From: an uncultured Pseudomonadales bacterium
GTDB lineage: Bacteria > Patescibacteriota > Microgenomatia > UBA1400 > PJMF01
Assembly: GCA_964404025.1 (NCBI GenBank)
Contig: CAYOIJ010000001.1
Location: 22,685-86,684 of the forward strand
Direction of reading: 5' to 3'
Length of the DNA: 64,000 bases
Made by a program: the position numbers and the translations under genes. The notes under the pieces are model-generated. The model saw nothing but the letters and a program-made list of their open reading frames with translations, searched no databases and was not told where the DNA came from. This document shows positions 9,468 to 19,430 of this stretch, piece by piece. Numbering within the stretch: position 1 is the stretch's first letter; each line of letters begins with the position of its first letter.

Positions 9468-9896
9468 ATGGGAAAGAAAATAAAAATTTATACTGATGGC
9501 GGGTCAAGAGGTAACCCTGGAATAGCGGGCGCTGGAGTTTATATAGAAGATGCTTTTGGTAAAAAAATTTACCATGAAGCTAAGTTTTTAGGTACTAAAA
9601 CTAATAACGAGGCAGAATATTTAGCCTTTCTATTGGCGATTAATTTTTTATTACGTTATGAAATTAAAAACCCTGGGTTGGTAGAAAGTGCTGAGTTCTT
9701 CTTAGATTCAAAATTAGTGGTTGAACAAATTAATCGACGTTGGAAAATTAAGAAGGCGGAGTTAAGAGATTTAGCAGAAACTTCTTGGGAAAATCTAAGT
9801 AGCCTCCCCTACCCAATAACCGTCAAACACTTGCTTAGAGAAAACAATAAAATTGCTGATCAACTAGCCAACGAAGCTATGGATCGAGCTTGTTAA
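9468..9896 (+). CDS. rnhA: ribonuclease HI family protein
   Basis: YTDGGSRGNPG, TNNEAEY, DSKLVVEQ, RENNKIADQLAN. Confidence 0.92.
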   Translation: MGKKIKIYTDGGSRGNPGIAGAGVYIEDAFGKKIYHEAKFLGTKTNNEAEYLAFLLAINFLLRYEIKNPGLVESAEFFLDSKLVVEQINRRWKIKKAELRDLAETSWENLSSLPYPITVKHLLRENNKIADQLANEAMDRAC

Positions 9897-9930
9897 TTGC
9901 TTGGGCTTTAATTTACAATGTTGTTTACAA

Positions 9931-12900
9931 ATGATTGGTCAAAAACAACATTTAACAAGTGAATTGGTTGAGGATAGACCTGTTGTTTTTTTATTAGTTG
10001 AAGAAAAAAATCCATTTACCGATAGTTTAATTAGTTTTTTTAATTATTGTTCGCTAGACGCAAGGCTATTACTCCTGGATTCTTTTGTAGATCCTGCTCA
10101 AGCTTTAAAGCAATATCAGGCTATTAAAAAGGTTGAGGTCTATAAGCTATTAGTTGTGGGAGGTTTTAAAAAGACCTATGTAAAAAATCCAGACTTTCTT
10201 TTGCAGGTGCTACGAGCTTTTGAACGAGCTTTTGCAGAAGATGGTCGACTAATTTCAATATTTTTTTTGTTAAACTACTCTAGTCCCATTTCACCCATGG
10301 ATTTTGAGTTGCTTAATTTTAAAACTTTCTGGTTTAGGCAAGAGAGTTTTTTAAATCAAGCGCTAAAGGCTTTTCCCTTAGCTCAATTTTGTTTAGTAGA
10401 AGATCTTTTAGATTTGGATTTTGACTTTAACTTAAAGTTTAATTTATTTTTTAGTCCTTTTAAAAAACAACTGCTTTTGGATAGCCAGAGTAATTGTTGT
10501 TGGCAGACACAAGACGGTTTTTTAAGAAACTTTAGGACTTTATTTTTTCAGAGTAAGCCTGGGGAAAAACACTTGCTGCGAGGTCAGAAAACCCATAGCA
10601 CAAAGTTTGTGTTGGATGCTAAAGATTTGTGTAGTAGATATTTCTTACAGCAATTTGACATCCTAGATTTATTTCTACAGTCGGGCAAAGAAAATTATTT
10701 TTTGGCAGATTTTATAAAAGTTTATAATTCTGATGATAAAGTGTTGGAAATTTTAGATGAAAAAATTCGTCAACTTCCCCTTTCTTTAAATAAAGAGCTA
10801 ACTTTAGATCAAAATAGCTTGCAAACGATTGAGACACAAAAAACAGCCAAAGAGCTGTTGTTAAAATCAATCCCAGCAAGCAGTGATGAAAAGCTGGAAA
10901 AAGACGATAAGAGCTTGTCTAAGCTTAATAAAAAAACAGCTGCTACTGTACAAAGCGAAAATCATTTGAAGCAAGAAACTCAAAAAACAGATTTATTAGC
11001 AGGACAAAACAATATAAAGACTGATAAATCAAGCAATATAGATAAAACATTGCAAGATATTTTCCGTAAAGAACAAAAAACAAGGCACAAGCAACGTTTT
11101 AAACAAAATTTAAAAGGAGCAAAGAAAATTGTTAAAAAGAGCAAGTATCGTCGCTTTTCTTTTTATTTTGGAATTCTTCTTTCTTTAATTGGAACTTTAG
11201 TTCTAATTTTATTTGTAAATTTTTATTTTACTCAAAAGCTTTTTGAAAAAAATTTATTGGCTATTATGGAGGAAGATTTGTCCAACACCAATATTACGCA
11301 GGTTTCTCCTCCAAATAAGAGAGATTATCAATTCTTTAAATGGCAATTGGATAATTATGGAGAGCTTATTGGTGAAGAAATTTTTTCTACAGCTAATAAT
11401 TATTGGAAAATTTTTGAACACTTACAGAACCAAGCTAGCTTAACTGAAGGCTTGGAAAATGAGACCTTCCAGCTTTATCAGGCGATTTTAAAAACTGATG
11501 GAGATCTAAATATAAATTGGTCTAGCTATTTAAGTAAAAGACAGGAAATGTATCAGTTCAAACAAGAATTAAGTGGTCTTTTAGATCAATTAAACCCAGA
11601 TATTTTGCCAAAATCCCAGGCTGAAATTTTAGCTCAATACAAGAGTCAAACCCTAAAAGAGTTGATGTCTCAACAACGTTCAACACTTTTTTTAGATTCT
11701 TTGAGCAAATTTTTATTAAGCCCTGCAAGGAGTAATGTTGTAATTTTAATTCAGGACAGCAGTGAATTGAGGTCAAGTGGTGGTTTTCTGGTTTCGCTAG
11801 TAAGCTTGAGTTTTGAAAAAAGCCATTTATTGGATTGGCGAGTGTATGACGTGACTGATCTTGACCAAAGAATTTATGGAGAAAGAGAAGCGCCCGAGGA
11901 ATTAAAAAGTTTATTGGTGAGTGATAAACTCTTATTAAGAGACGCTAATTGGCCAGCTAGTTTTGCTGATGCAAGCTCCAACATTACTTGGTTTATAGAG
12001 CAAAGTTTAAATTTAAGTCCCGACCTTATTTTAACTTTAAATACTAAAGAAATTCATGATTTTCTAGAACTACTCTCCCCCCTTGTAGTCAATGATTTAG
12101 AGCTAAATCAAAATAATTTTTTTGAAGAGTTGCTGCGTCAAGAAAAGCTAAGTTTTAGTTTGGTTGTAGAGAACTTATTTAAACGCTTAATGACAGCATC
12201 AAAAGAAGAAATTATTTATATTTTAAAACAAGTAAATTTAGCTTTAGACACAAGAGAGATCTTTTTATACAGCAACATTGATCAATTACTTAGTGTTTTA
12301 AAGAATAATTTGTGGTCTGGAGAAATCTTGGAAACCCCTTGTCCAAGTGAGTTTGCTAGCGCTGGTGATGAATGTTTTACAGATGGAATTTTTCAACTAG
12401 AAAACAACGTGGGTTTAAATAAAGTTAACCGTTTAGTCACACAAGAAATTGATCATAGTTTAGGGATTAGCGAAAAGTTTATTCGTCATAAACGGGTGAT
12501 CCGTTTAGAAAACTTCAGTCGTCAAAACTTCTGGCCAGAAGGAAATTATCAAACTTATTTAAAATTTTACTTGCCAAAAAGCGCTAATTTAGAAAAAATT
12601 ACACTGAATGGGAAAGCCGTTAACCCCAGCGCTTATCGATGGTTTGAAGAAAAAAACAAGCGAGTCTTAGCCCATCGCCTTGTTGTCCCAGTACTTTCCA
12701 CTGCTACTTTAGAAATTATATATCTAGTTCCCCATCAATTAACTCCTCCTTTTTCTTATGTTTTCCTTGATCAAAAACAAGCGGGTCTATTTGACAAACA
12801 GACTAACTATAAAGTGTTATTTGCTGAAAACTTCTTACCAACTCTGATTGCACCTCAGGCTAATTATCAAGACAAAGTAATTGAATTTAGTAATGACAAT

Positions 12901-12933
12901 CAGGATAACTTTTTATTTGCGGTTGCTTTTTAG
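9931..12933 (+). CDS. DUF4012 domain membrane-anchored protein
   Basis: Central TM helix; QDSSELRSSGGF, RDANW, ENNVGLNK, Y.TYLKFYLP motifs; start ATG 9931 or TTG 9901. Confidence 0.75.
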   Translation: MIGQKQHLTSELVEDRPVVFLLVEEKNPFTDSLISFFNYCSLDARLLLLDSFVDPAQALKQYQAIKKVEVYKLLVVGGFKKTYVKNPDFLLQVLRAFERAFAEDGRLISIFFLLNYSSPISPMDFELLNFKTFWFRQESFLNQALKAFPLAQFCLVEDLLDLDFDFNLKFNLFFSPFKKQLLLDSQSNCCWQTQDGFLRNFRTLFFQSKPGEKHLLRGQKTHSTKFVLDAKDLCSRYFLQQFDILDLFLQSGKENYFLADFIKVYNSDDKVLEILDEKIRQLPLSLNKELTLDQNSLQTIETQKTAKELLLKSIPASSDEKLEKDDKSLSKLNKKTAATVQSENHLKQETQKTDLLAGQNNIKTDKSSNIDKTLQDIFRKEQKTRHKQRFKQNLKGAKKIVKKSKYRRFSFYFGILLSLIGTLVLILFVNFYFTQKLFEKNLLAIMEEDLSNTNITQVSPPNKRDYQFFKWQLDNYGELIGEEIFSTANNYWKIFEHLQNQASLTEGLENETFQLYQAILKTDGDLNINWSSYLSKRQEMYQFKQELSGLLDQLNPDILPKSQAEILAQYKSQTLKELMSQQRSTLFLDSLSKFLLSPARSNVVILIQDSSELRSSGGFLVSLVSLSFEKSHLLDWRVYDVTDLDQRIYGEREAPEELKSLLVSDKLLLRDANWPASFADASSNITWFIEQSLNLSPDLILTLNTKEIHDFLELLSPLVVNDLELNQNNFFEELLRQEKLSFSLVVENLFKRLMTASKEEIIYILKQVNLALDTREIFLYSNIDQLLSVLKNNLWSGEILETPCPSEFASAGDECFTDGIFQLENNVGLNKVNRLVTQEIDHSLGISEKFIRHKRVIRLENFSRQNFWPEGNYQTYLKFYLPKSANLEKITLNGKAVNPSAYRWFEEKNKRVLAHRLVVPVLSTATLEIIYLVPHQLTPPFSYVFLDQKQAGLFDKQTNYKVLFAENFLPTLIAPQANYQDKVIEFSNDNQDNFLFAVAF

Positions 12934-12947
12934 TTTCACGTGCAAAA
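12932..12947. promoter_or_regulatory. possible parS-like site
   Basis: AGTTTCACGTGCAAAA, 13/16 match to TGTTTCACGTGAAACA, essentially intergenic, 7 kb from oriC. Confidence 0.3.
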
Positions 12948-13154
12948 AGCCCTTTTTTTAAAAAATAAACTGATTCATTAGTCTTTTTTTAGTGTTTTTT
13001 TCTTAATTATTATTTTTCAAATGATAGCTTTCCTTCGCTGCTTTTTCGGTTTTAGCTCTCTTAGAGATTTTTCAAGCTTTGTGGTAGAATGAGAACCTAT
13101 TTTGCTTCTAGAAATAGATAATCTTAAATTTTTAAAATTACAGAAAAGATATTT

Positions 13155-13877
13155 ATGACAAAAATTACATTTAAAGTAGCTAAACGTTCAAATAAGAAAG
13201 CTAAACAATTGCGCCGCCAAGGGGTGTTACCAGCTAATGTTTATATTCCAAAAAAAGATTCAATAGCTCTGGAAGTTAATCCCATAAATTTCGCCAAGCT
13301 TTACGACGAAGCAGGGGAAACTGGCCTAATTTATTTAAATATTGAAGGGGAGTCTCAAGCGATACCAGTCTTAATTGATCAAGTTGATATGGATTATTTG
13401 GGTAGTAGCTTTGAACACGTAGTTTTTAGAGGTGTAAACTTAAAAGAAAAAATTACAGCTAATGTACCAGTTGAAGTAATAGGGGAGTTTGATGTTCCAG
13501 AAGCAGTTTTAATTACTGTCCAAGATGAAGTTGAGGTCGAGGCTTTACCAGCTAACCTTCCAGAAAAATTTGTTTTTGATGTTAGTAGTTTGAAAGCCAT
13601 TGGAGATGCTTTTACTTTAGCTGACTTAGAATATGACAAGGATGAAGTTGAATTAGTTCTAGCCGAAGATGAGGATCCCGGCGAAAGAGTGTTGGTTTCT
13701 GTTCAGGCCCAAGAGGAAGAGGAAATTATAGAGACACCTGATGAGTTGGTTGAGCCAGAACTAGTTGGGGATGACGAGAAAGCTGAAATAACAGAAGACG
13801 GTGAAAAACCACAGGCTGAAAAGCCGGGCGCTGGAGAAAATGCAGCTGCTGAAGAAAAATCAAGCGACTCTAAATAG
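13155..13877 (+). CDS. rplY: 50S ribosomal protein L25/Ctc
   Basis: LRRQGVLPANVY, HVVF, VPVEVIGE, VEVEALPANLPE, acidic tail. Confidence 0.95.
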   Translation: MTKITFKVAKRSNKKAKQLRRQGVLPANVYIPKKDSIALEVNPINFAKLYDEAGETGLIYLNIEGESQAIPVLIDQVDMDYLGSSFEHVVFRGVNLKEKITANVPVEVIGEFDVPEAVLITVQDEVEVEALPANLPEKFVFDVSSLKAIGDAFTLADLEYDKDEVELVLAEDEDPGERVLVSVQAQEEEEIIETPDELVEPELVGDDEKAEITEDGEKPQAEKPGAGENAAAEEKSSDSK

Positions 13878-13928
13878 AAACCACCAAGGTTAACTCAGGG
13901 TAATTTTTAGATTTTTAAAGTGAACTAT

Positions 13929-14348
13929 TTAATAATTAGGGTCTAATTCCCAGGATTGTTGAAATTTTTCTTGAGCTATTTTGGAATCTTCAAGTTCTAA
14001 CAATTTTGCAAGGTTAAACAATATGTCTCGACTGTGTCTTTGTTTTACTTCCAATGATAAATAAAATTTTTTTAGCGTTTCGATTTCTATTTGATCTAGA
14101 GTAAGTAAAATTTCTCCAGGATTTTGACTAACTGCTTCTTTTAATTTAATTTCTGGAGTTTTATTTTTTTGCCAGAGCTGCCAATTAATTAACCAAATTA
14201 ACAGTAAAAGAAATAATAAGATGGGGGTTATTTCTTTTTTTAATTTAAGTTTGAGTAAGAGATATTGAGCACCAAATACACAGAGATTATAGAGAAGTTT
14301 TATGATTAAAAAACAAAACAGTATAAAAGTGGTAATTTTTTTTAACAT
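13929..14348 (-). CDS. hypothetical membrane protein with C-terminal TPR-like helix pair
   Basis: Two hydrophobic segments; RDILFNLAKL...A...FQQSWELDPNY; ATG 14348 overlaps valS stop (TAATG). Confidence 0.6.
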   Translation of the reverse strand: MLKKITTFILFCFLIIKLLYNLCVFGAQYLLLKLKLKKEITPILLFLLLLIWLINWQLWQKNKTPEIKLKEAVSQNPGEILLTLDQIEIETLKKFYLSLEVKQRHSRDILFNLAKLLELEDSKIAQEKFQQSWELDPNY

Positions 14349-16678
14349 TAAGCTGGCCAAGGACTACTCATTAATAATTTGTCTTTAACTAGTTTTTCTT
14401 GGTACAAAATCTGCCAAATGGTTTCAGTGACAAAGGGAATAAAAGGATGAAACATTTTTAAAAATATTATTAGTCCTTCTAAGATTTTTTCCTGACTTAT
14501 CAGTTTATTTTTTGATTCTTCTATGCATTCATCACAAAACCAATGCCAAAATTCATTATGTAAAGTTTCAGCAGCTAAGCCGAGTTGCTGTTGTTCTAAA
14601 TTACGAGTGATTATAGATTGAAGTTTTTTGAGTTTTTTATCAAATTCTTTATCTAATCGGCCCTGGCCTTTACTTTTAGCTGGAGAAGTTTCTGCTTCTC
14701 TTTGCAACAAGATGAAACGAGCAGCATTCCAGATTTTATTGTTAAGGTTGCGCATTGCTTTAAAATCAGCATCGCTAATGCTTTTGTCTAATCCAGCACT
14801 AGAACGAATAACAATAGCTATTCTGAGCGCATCTATACCGTATTTTTCGCCAATTTCTAGTGGATCGACAACATTGCCCTTACTCTTACTCATTTTCTGG
14901 CCCTTGCCGTCTCTAATGAGGCCGTGCAAGTAAACTTTTTTGAAAGGCAATTGTTGGGTGCTGTATAAGCCCATCATTAGCATGCGCATTACCCAAAACA
15001 TTAAAATATCATAAGCAGTTTCCATAATGCTAGTCGGATAAAAACGCTCAAAGTCTCCAGATTTATTGTTTTTTAGAGCAACTACTGGCCACTGGCTTGA
15101 AGAAAACCAAGTGTCAAAAGTGTCGGTTTCTTGTAAATATTGCTTAGTATTATCTGGTTTAGTGGTGCCAAGTAAATATTGAGCGTCAATGGGGGCAGCG
15201 AGGTTTTGTAAACCCTTTTCTATTTCCTCAAAAGAATATTTTTTAAGTAAGTTTTTGATGAGATCAGTAATTCTTTGTCCATCTTTATCTAAAAAAGTAA
15301 TCCGTAAATTTGGATTACTGTCAACTTCATACCAGACTGGCATACGAATACCCCAAACAACCTGTCGACTAATATTCCAATCTTCTAAGTTTTTTAACCA
15401 GTGTTTAAGAATTTTGTCATAACCAGCGCCATATATTGTCAGTTCTTTTTTCTGAATTTTCTGTAAAACAGCTTCTGTTAAGGATTTAACTCGAACATAG
15501 AATTGGGGTAGAGGAAGGGGTTCTATGGGGTTGTTGCAGCGATAGCATTTGGCTAAATTGTGTTGATATTGTTCGTCAATTTTTTCTAATAATTGATTTT
15601 GTTCTAAATCTTTAACAATGCTCTCTCGAGCAATATGCGTTTTGAGCCCAGCATATTTGCCGGTAAATTTGGTGAGTCGACCATCAAAACCAACTGCTAT
15701 AGCAGGTAATTTTTCTTCTTCCTTGCTTAGATTTTTTTCTTTTATTAATTGTTTTTTTAAATCAATATAACCAAGCTCATTATTATCAATAGCTTCTTGT
15801 AATTGATCTTGGTGCTTCTGCCAGAAAGCAAAGTCATTAAAGTCATGGAAGGGGGTAATTTTGACTGCACCAGTGCCAAATTCCGGATCAACAAAATCAT
15901 CAGCAATCACTTTAAGTTTAACTAAGCCCAATAAACCCTGAAATTCAATAGTTTTGCCATGATAAGCGCTGTAGCGCTTGTCCTTTGGGTGAACAGCAAT
16001 AGCTACATCGGCAAAGATAGTTTCTGGTCGAGTTGTAGCAATACTAATTGGCCCATACTTTAAATAATAAAGAGGACTTTCTTGTTCAGCATGATTAATT
16101 TCGAGATTACTGAAACCAGTGCCACATTTGGGACAGTAGTTTACTAAGCGATTAGCTCGATAAATCAAATCATCTTTTGCCATTTGTTTAAAAGTTTCGA
16201 TAACGTCTTCAACGATGTCTGGATCTAGAGTAAATTTAAAACGACTCCAATCGGCGCTAGCTCCTAGTTGCTTAATTTGTTGAACAGCTGTTTGAGTGTT
16301 TTTATCAACATAGTCCCAGATCATTTGATAAAGGGTATCGCGGTCAAAGTTAAAACGACTTTGCTTTTCTTTTTTTAGTTTTTTTTCAAAAACAAATTGA
16401 GTTTCAATACCAGCATGATCAGTGCCAGGAAGCCATAGTGTATCGTGACCTCTCATGCGAGCGAAACGAACCATAATGTCTTCTAAAGTCACAACACAAG
16501 CGTGACCCAAATGAAGAGGATCGTTGGCGTTTGGAGGAGGCATAACAATGGAAAAACTTGATAAATCATTATTTTTTAACTGTTGGTTAATTTTACTATC
16601 GGGATTAAAAGCATCGGCTTTTTCCCAGAGCTGATAAATCTTTTGCTCGTAAGTTTTGGCTTGGTAGTGTTTGTCCAT
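14348..16678 (-). CDS. valS: valine--tRNA ligase
   Basis: PPPNANDPLHLGH, PGTDHAGI, ATTRPET, DWNISRQ, DTWFSS, KMSKS. Confidence 0.97.
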   Translation of the reverse strand: MDKHYQAKTYEQKIYQLWEKADAFNPDSKINQQLKNNDLSSFSIVMPPPNANDPLHLGHACVVTLEDIMVRFARMRGHDTLWLPGTDHAGIETQFVFEKKLKKEKQSRFNFDRDTLYQMIWDYVDKNTQTAVQQIKQLGASADWSRFKFTLDPDIVEDVIETFKQMAKDDLIYRANRLVNYCPKCGTGFSNLEINHAEQESPLYYLKYGPISIATTRPETIFADVAIAVHPKDKRYSAYHGKTIEFQGLLGLVKLKVIADDFVDPEFGTGAVKITPFHDFNDFAFWQKHQDQLQEAIDNNELGYIDLKKQLIKEKNLSKEEEKLPAIAVGFDGRLTKFTGKYAGLKTHIARESIVKDLEQNQLLEKIDEQYQHNLAKCYRCNNPIEPLPLPQFYVRVKSLTEAVLQKIQKKELTIYGAGYDKILKHWLKNLEDWNISRQVVWGIRMPVWYEVDSNPNLRITFLDKDGQRITDLIKNLLKKYSFEEIEKGLQNLAAPIDAQYLLGTTKPDNTKQYLQETDTFDTWFSSSQWPVVALKNNKSGDFERFYPTSIMETAYDILMFWVMRMLMMGLYSTQQLPFKKVYLHGLIRDGKGQKMSKSKGNVVDPLEIGEKYGIDALRIAIVIRSSAGLDKSISDADFKAMRNLNNKIWNAARFILLQREAETSPAKSKGQGRLDKEFDKKLKKLQSIITRNLEQQQLGLAAETLHNEFWHWFCDECIEESKNKLISQEKILEGLIIFLKMFHPFIPFVTETIWQILYQEKLVKDKLLMSSPWPA

Positions 16679-16756
16679 TGAGAGTTAATTATAGCACCGA
16701 AGCAGACCTGACTCTAGTTTATAACTTTTGTTTTTTTGTCTGTTAAAATAACGAGG

Positions 16757-17380
16757 ATGAACAACAATTTGGTGGATTACAAGCGAGTAAATTTAGTTAA
16801 TGATCAAGATGAAATTATTGCTAGTGCTGATAAGCTTGAAGCTCATTTGGGAGAAGCCATGCTTCATCAAGCAATTTCTTTCTTTTTGTTTAGAAGAAAT
16901 AAGGCTGGTCGTTTTCAATTGTTACTGCAAAAACGCAGTGATAAAAAAATTGTAGGAGCTAGTCAATGGGCTAACACACTGTGTGCCAACGTGGCGATGG
17001 GAGAAAATCATCGACAATGTTTGCAGAGGCGCTTGAAAGAGGAGTTGGGGATCAGTTTACCTAAGGGTCTTCGTCAAAAGGTAAGAGAAGTTTTTGTTTT
17101 AAATTATCAAGTGCCTTGTAATCAGCGCTATAGCGAAAGAGAAATTGATCATATTTTTGCCTTATTTTTAAATTATCAAGAATTTAAAAAACTATTAATA
17201 AAAATCAACCCTGAAGAGGTGGATGAGGTAGCTTGGTTTGACTGGTTAAACTTAATTAATAAAAAGGGATTAGTAAATAAGAAAAAAGCTCCTTGGTTCC
17301 AGCTTTTTTTAGATGATGCGCGAGTAAAAGGAGCAATCAATCTTTTTTTAGAAAATAATATAATTAGTATGGAGAAATAA
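16757..17380 (+). CDS. idi: isopentenyl-diphosphate delta-isomerase type 1 (Nudix fold)
   Basis: KLEAH, LHQAIS, LLLQKRS, WANTLC, RRLKEELG, EREID; next to uppS. Confidence 0.88.
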   Translation: MNNNLVDYKRVNLVNDQDEIIASADKLEAHLGEAMLHQAISFFLFRRNKAGRFQLLLQKRSDKKIVGASQWANTLCANVAMGENHRQCLQRRLKEELGISLPKGLRQKVREVFVLNYQVPCNQRYSEREIDHIFALFLNYQEFKKLLIKINPEEVDEVAWFDWLNLINKKGLVNKKKAPWFQLFLDDARVKGAINLFLENNIISMEK

Positions 17381-17394
17381 GTTAGTATGGAAAA

Positions 17395-18111
17395 ATGAGT
17401 ATGAAATCAAATAGGGTTCCTCGACACGTTGCCATCATTATGGACGGTAATCGGCGTTGGGCAAAAAAACAAGGATTATCAATTATTAAAGGTCATCGCA
17501 AAACTGCCGAGGAAACAATAGAAAGATTAGCTGATTACGCAATTAGCGTTGGCATTCAATTTTTGACTCTTTGGGCTTTTAGTACTGAAAATTGGCAGCG
17601 TGATGATAAAGAGCTAGAGGGAATCATGAGTTTATTTCGTGAAACTTTTAGTACTGCTGCTGAGCGCTTACATGAAAAAGGAGTGCGAGTACATACTATT
17701 GGCGATTTAAGTCGTTTTCCTCAAGATATTAAAGAAGGTGCTGAACACTGGAAAAAAGAGACGCTCAATAACAAGGGCCTTGTTGTTACTTTTGCGCTTA
17801 ATTACGGTGGTCGAGATGAAATAATTAGGGCTGTTAAGCGTCTGATCGCTCAAGAAAAAAACTTAGCTGAGCAAAAAATTACTCAAGATCTTCTCGAAAA
17901 ATATCTCGATACTAAATTTGAGTTAAATTTACCCGATCCAGATTTAATTATTAGACCTGGCGGAGAACAACGTTTATCTGGATATTTACCCTGGCAGGGG
18001 GTGTATAGTGAACTTTATTTTTGTTCGACACTAATGCCAGATTTTAATGAAAAAGAATTTGCCAAAGCTTTGGTTGAATTTTTTAAGCGCCAAAGACGCT
18101 TTGGACAATGA
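17395..18111 (+). CDS. uppS: undecaprenyl diphosphate synthase
   Basis: HVAIIMDGNRRWA, AFSTENW, ALNYGGRDEI, PDLIIRPGGEQRLSG. Confidence 0.97.
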   Translation: MSMKSNRVPRHVAIIMDGNRRWAKKQGLSIIKGHRKTAEETIERLADYAISVGIQFLTLWAFSTENWQRDDKELEGIMSLFRETFSTAAERLHEKGVRVHTIGDLSRFPQDIKEGAEHWKKETLNNKGLVVTFALNYGGRDEIIRAVKRLIAQEKNLAEQKITQDLLEKYLDTKFELNLPDPDLIIRPGGEQRLSGYLPWQGVYSELYFCSTLMPDFNEKEFAKALVEFFKRQRRFGQ

Positions 18112-18121
18112 TCATTAAAAA

Positions 18122-18517
18122 TTAGTTTTCAATCCAATTTTTTTCTGAGCCTGGAATGATAAATGATTTAATCATCTCAATGCCAGTGAAATTAGCGATC
18201 AGATTAATGATAATAAAAGCCGACAGGGCTAAAATTAGGCCAATAATAGCAAAGGTAATAGTATTCTTAGACTTTTCTACTTCTTGGCTTTTTCCAGCTG
18301 ATAACAATAGATTAAAAGCTGCGTAAATAATCATCACAAATCCTGCTATGCCAATTAATGTTAAAACAATGGAAAGAGTATTGGCCAGTAAACACCCAAT
18401 GCCTTGAACAGTGGCTACTCCTTCGATAGTGCAATTGGTGTTGATTTCATCCCATTTTTTAGTTTGTGCTTGGACAGGTTTAACAAGAGGAAAAAACGAA
18501 AGGGTTTGAATCATCAT
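18122..18517 (-). CDS. TrbC/VirB2-like pilin 7
   Basis: Two TM helices around SAG..QEVEKSKNTITFAIIGL; start moved to ATG 18517 behind TGCTATAAT. Confidence 0.8.
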   Translation of the reverse strand: MMIQTLSFFPLVKPVQAQTKKWDEINTNCTIEGVATVQGIGCLLANTLSIVLTLIGIAGFVMIIYAAFNLLLSAGKSQEVEKSKNTITFAIIGLILALSAFIIINLIANFTGIEMIKSFIIPGSEKNWIEN

Positions 18518-18535
18518 GGATTTGATTATAGCAAT

Positions 18536-18575
18536 AAAAAACTCTCTTTCCAAGCAAATGAAAAGAGAGTTTTTT
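18536..18575. terminator. intrinsic terminator downstream of pilin 6
   Basis: AAAAAACTCTCTTT-N12-AAAGAGAGTTTTTT inverted repeat. Confidence 0.75.
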
Positions 18576-18590
18576 AGTATTTAAATTTAA

Positions 18591-18992
18591 TTAGGGTTTA
18601 TTAATAGTGCCTACGTTTTGAAAAACTTCATTAAAGCTACCAAAGCCTAAGAAGTTTACAATTAAGTTAATTATGGCGTAGGAAGCTGCTACGACAATTA
18701 AACCAATGATGGCGGCCGTAATCTTGTTGCGAGCTTCTTCAGCTTTTCCCTTATCTCCTCCTGAAGTAATCCATTGAATACCTCCAAAAATTAGATAGGC
18801 AAAAACCAAGATAGCTGCAAGCAACATCACCACATTCAAAATAGAACTAAACATTTTGCCAAAATCAGTGGCGTAACCAGTACCTGGAGTGACTTCAATG
18901 TCATCAAAAGCTGCCATTACCAGCTTGGCTTGAAGAAGAATTCCACTTAAAGCACTGCCACTAGCCAGAGCAATTTTTTTAGTTAATTTCAT
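18591..18992 (-). CDS. TrbC/VirB2-like pilin 6 (likely major subunit)
   Basis: Signal peptide ending VMA-A; GGIQWITSGGDKGKAEEARNKITAAIIGL; SD AAGGAGA 18998-19004. Confidence 0.88.
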   Translation of the reverse strand: MKLTKKIALASGSALSGILLQAKLVMAAFDDIEVTPGTGYATDFGKMFSSILNVVMLLAAILVFAYLIFGGIQWITSGGDKGKAEEARNKITAAIIGLIVVAASYAIINLIVNFLGFGSFNEVFQNVGTINKP

Positions 18993-19028
18993 AAAAGTCT
19001 CCTTTTAAATTTTTTTATCTAACTTTTT

Positions 19029-19037
19029 ATTATATCA
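19029..19037 (-). promoter_or_regulatory. extended -10 promoter for pilin 6
   Basis: TGATATAAT on minus strand, 36 nt upstream of ATG. Confidence 0.6.
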
Positions 19038-19063
19038 AGTTTATTAGTCTTTAGCAAAAAAAT

Positions 19064-19405
19064 CTAGACGAATTTTATTACAGTGATACCAAGGAAACTG
19101 GCTACCAGACTAAAAATAGCCATAGTGGCTGCTAGAACTATTAAGCCAATAATAGCCGTAGTGATTTTGTTGCGGGCAAATTCTATTTTACTTTTATCTC
19201 CGGAAGAAGTTATCCATTCAATCGCTCCCCAAATAATTAAGCCTAAACAAGCAACAACCCCCAGAACCATAGCTACTCTTAAAATGTTGCTGAGCCAATT
19301 GCCGAATCCACCATCAGCTGTTTGAGACTCCTCAGCTCCATATAGACCCTGCTTAACAGCTTCCTCAGCTATGTCTAAAGTAACTTGTGCGATTTGTTTA
19401 CTCAT
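19064..19405 (-). CDS. TrbC/VirB2-like pilin 5
   Basis: GAIEWITSSGDKSKIEFARNKITTAIIGL. Confidence 0.85.
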   Translation of the reverse strand: MSKQIAQVTLDIAEEAVKQGLYGAEESQTADGGFGNWLSNILRVAMVLGVVACLGLIIWGAIEWITSSGDKSKIEFARNKITTAIIGLIVLAATMAIFSLVASFLGITVIKFV

Positions 19406-19430
19406 ATTTGATTTTTCAAAATTATTAATG

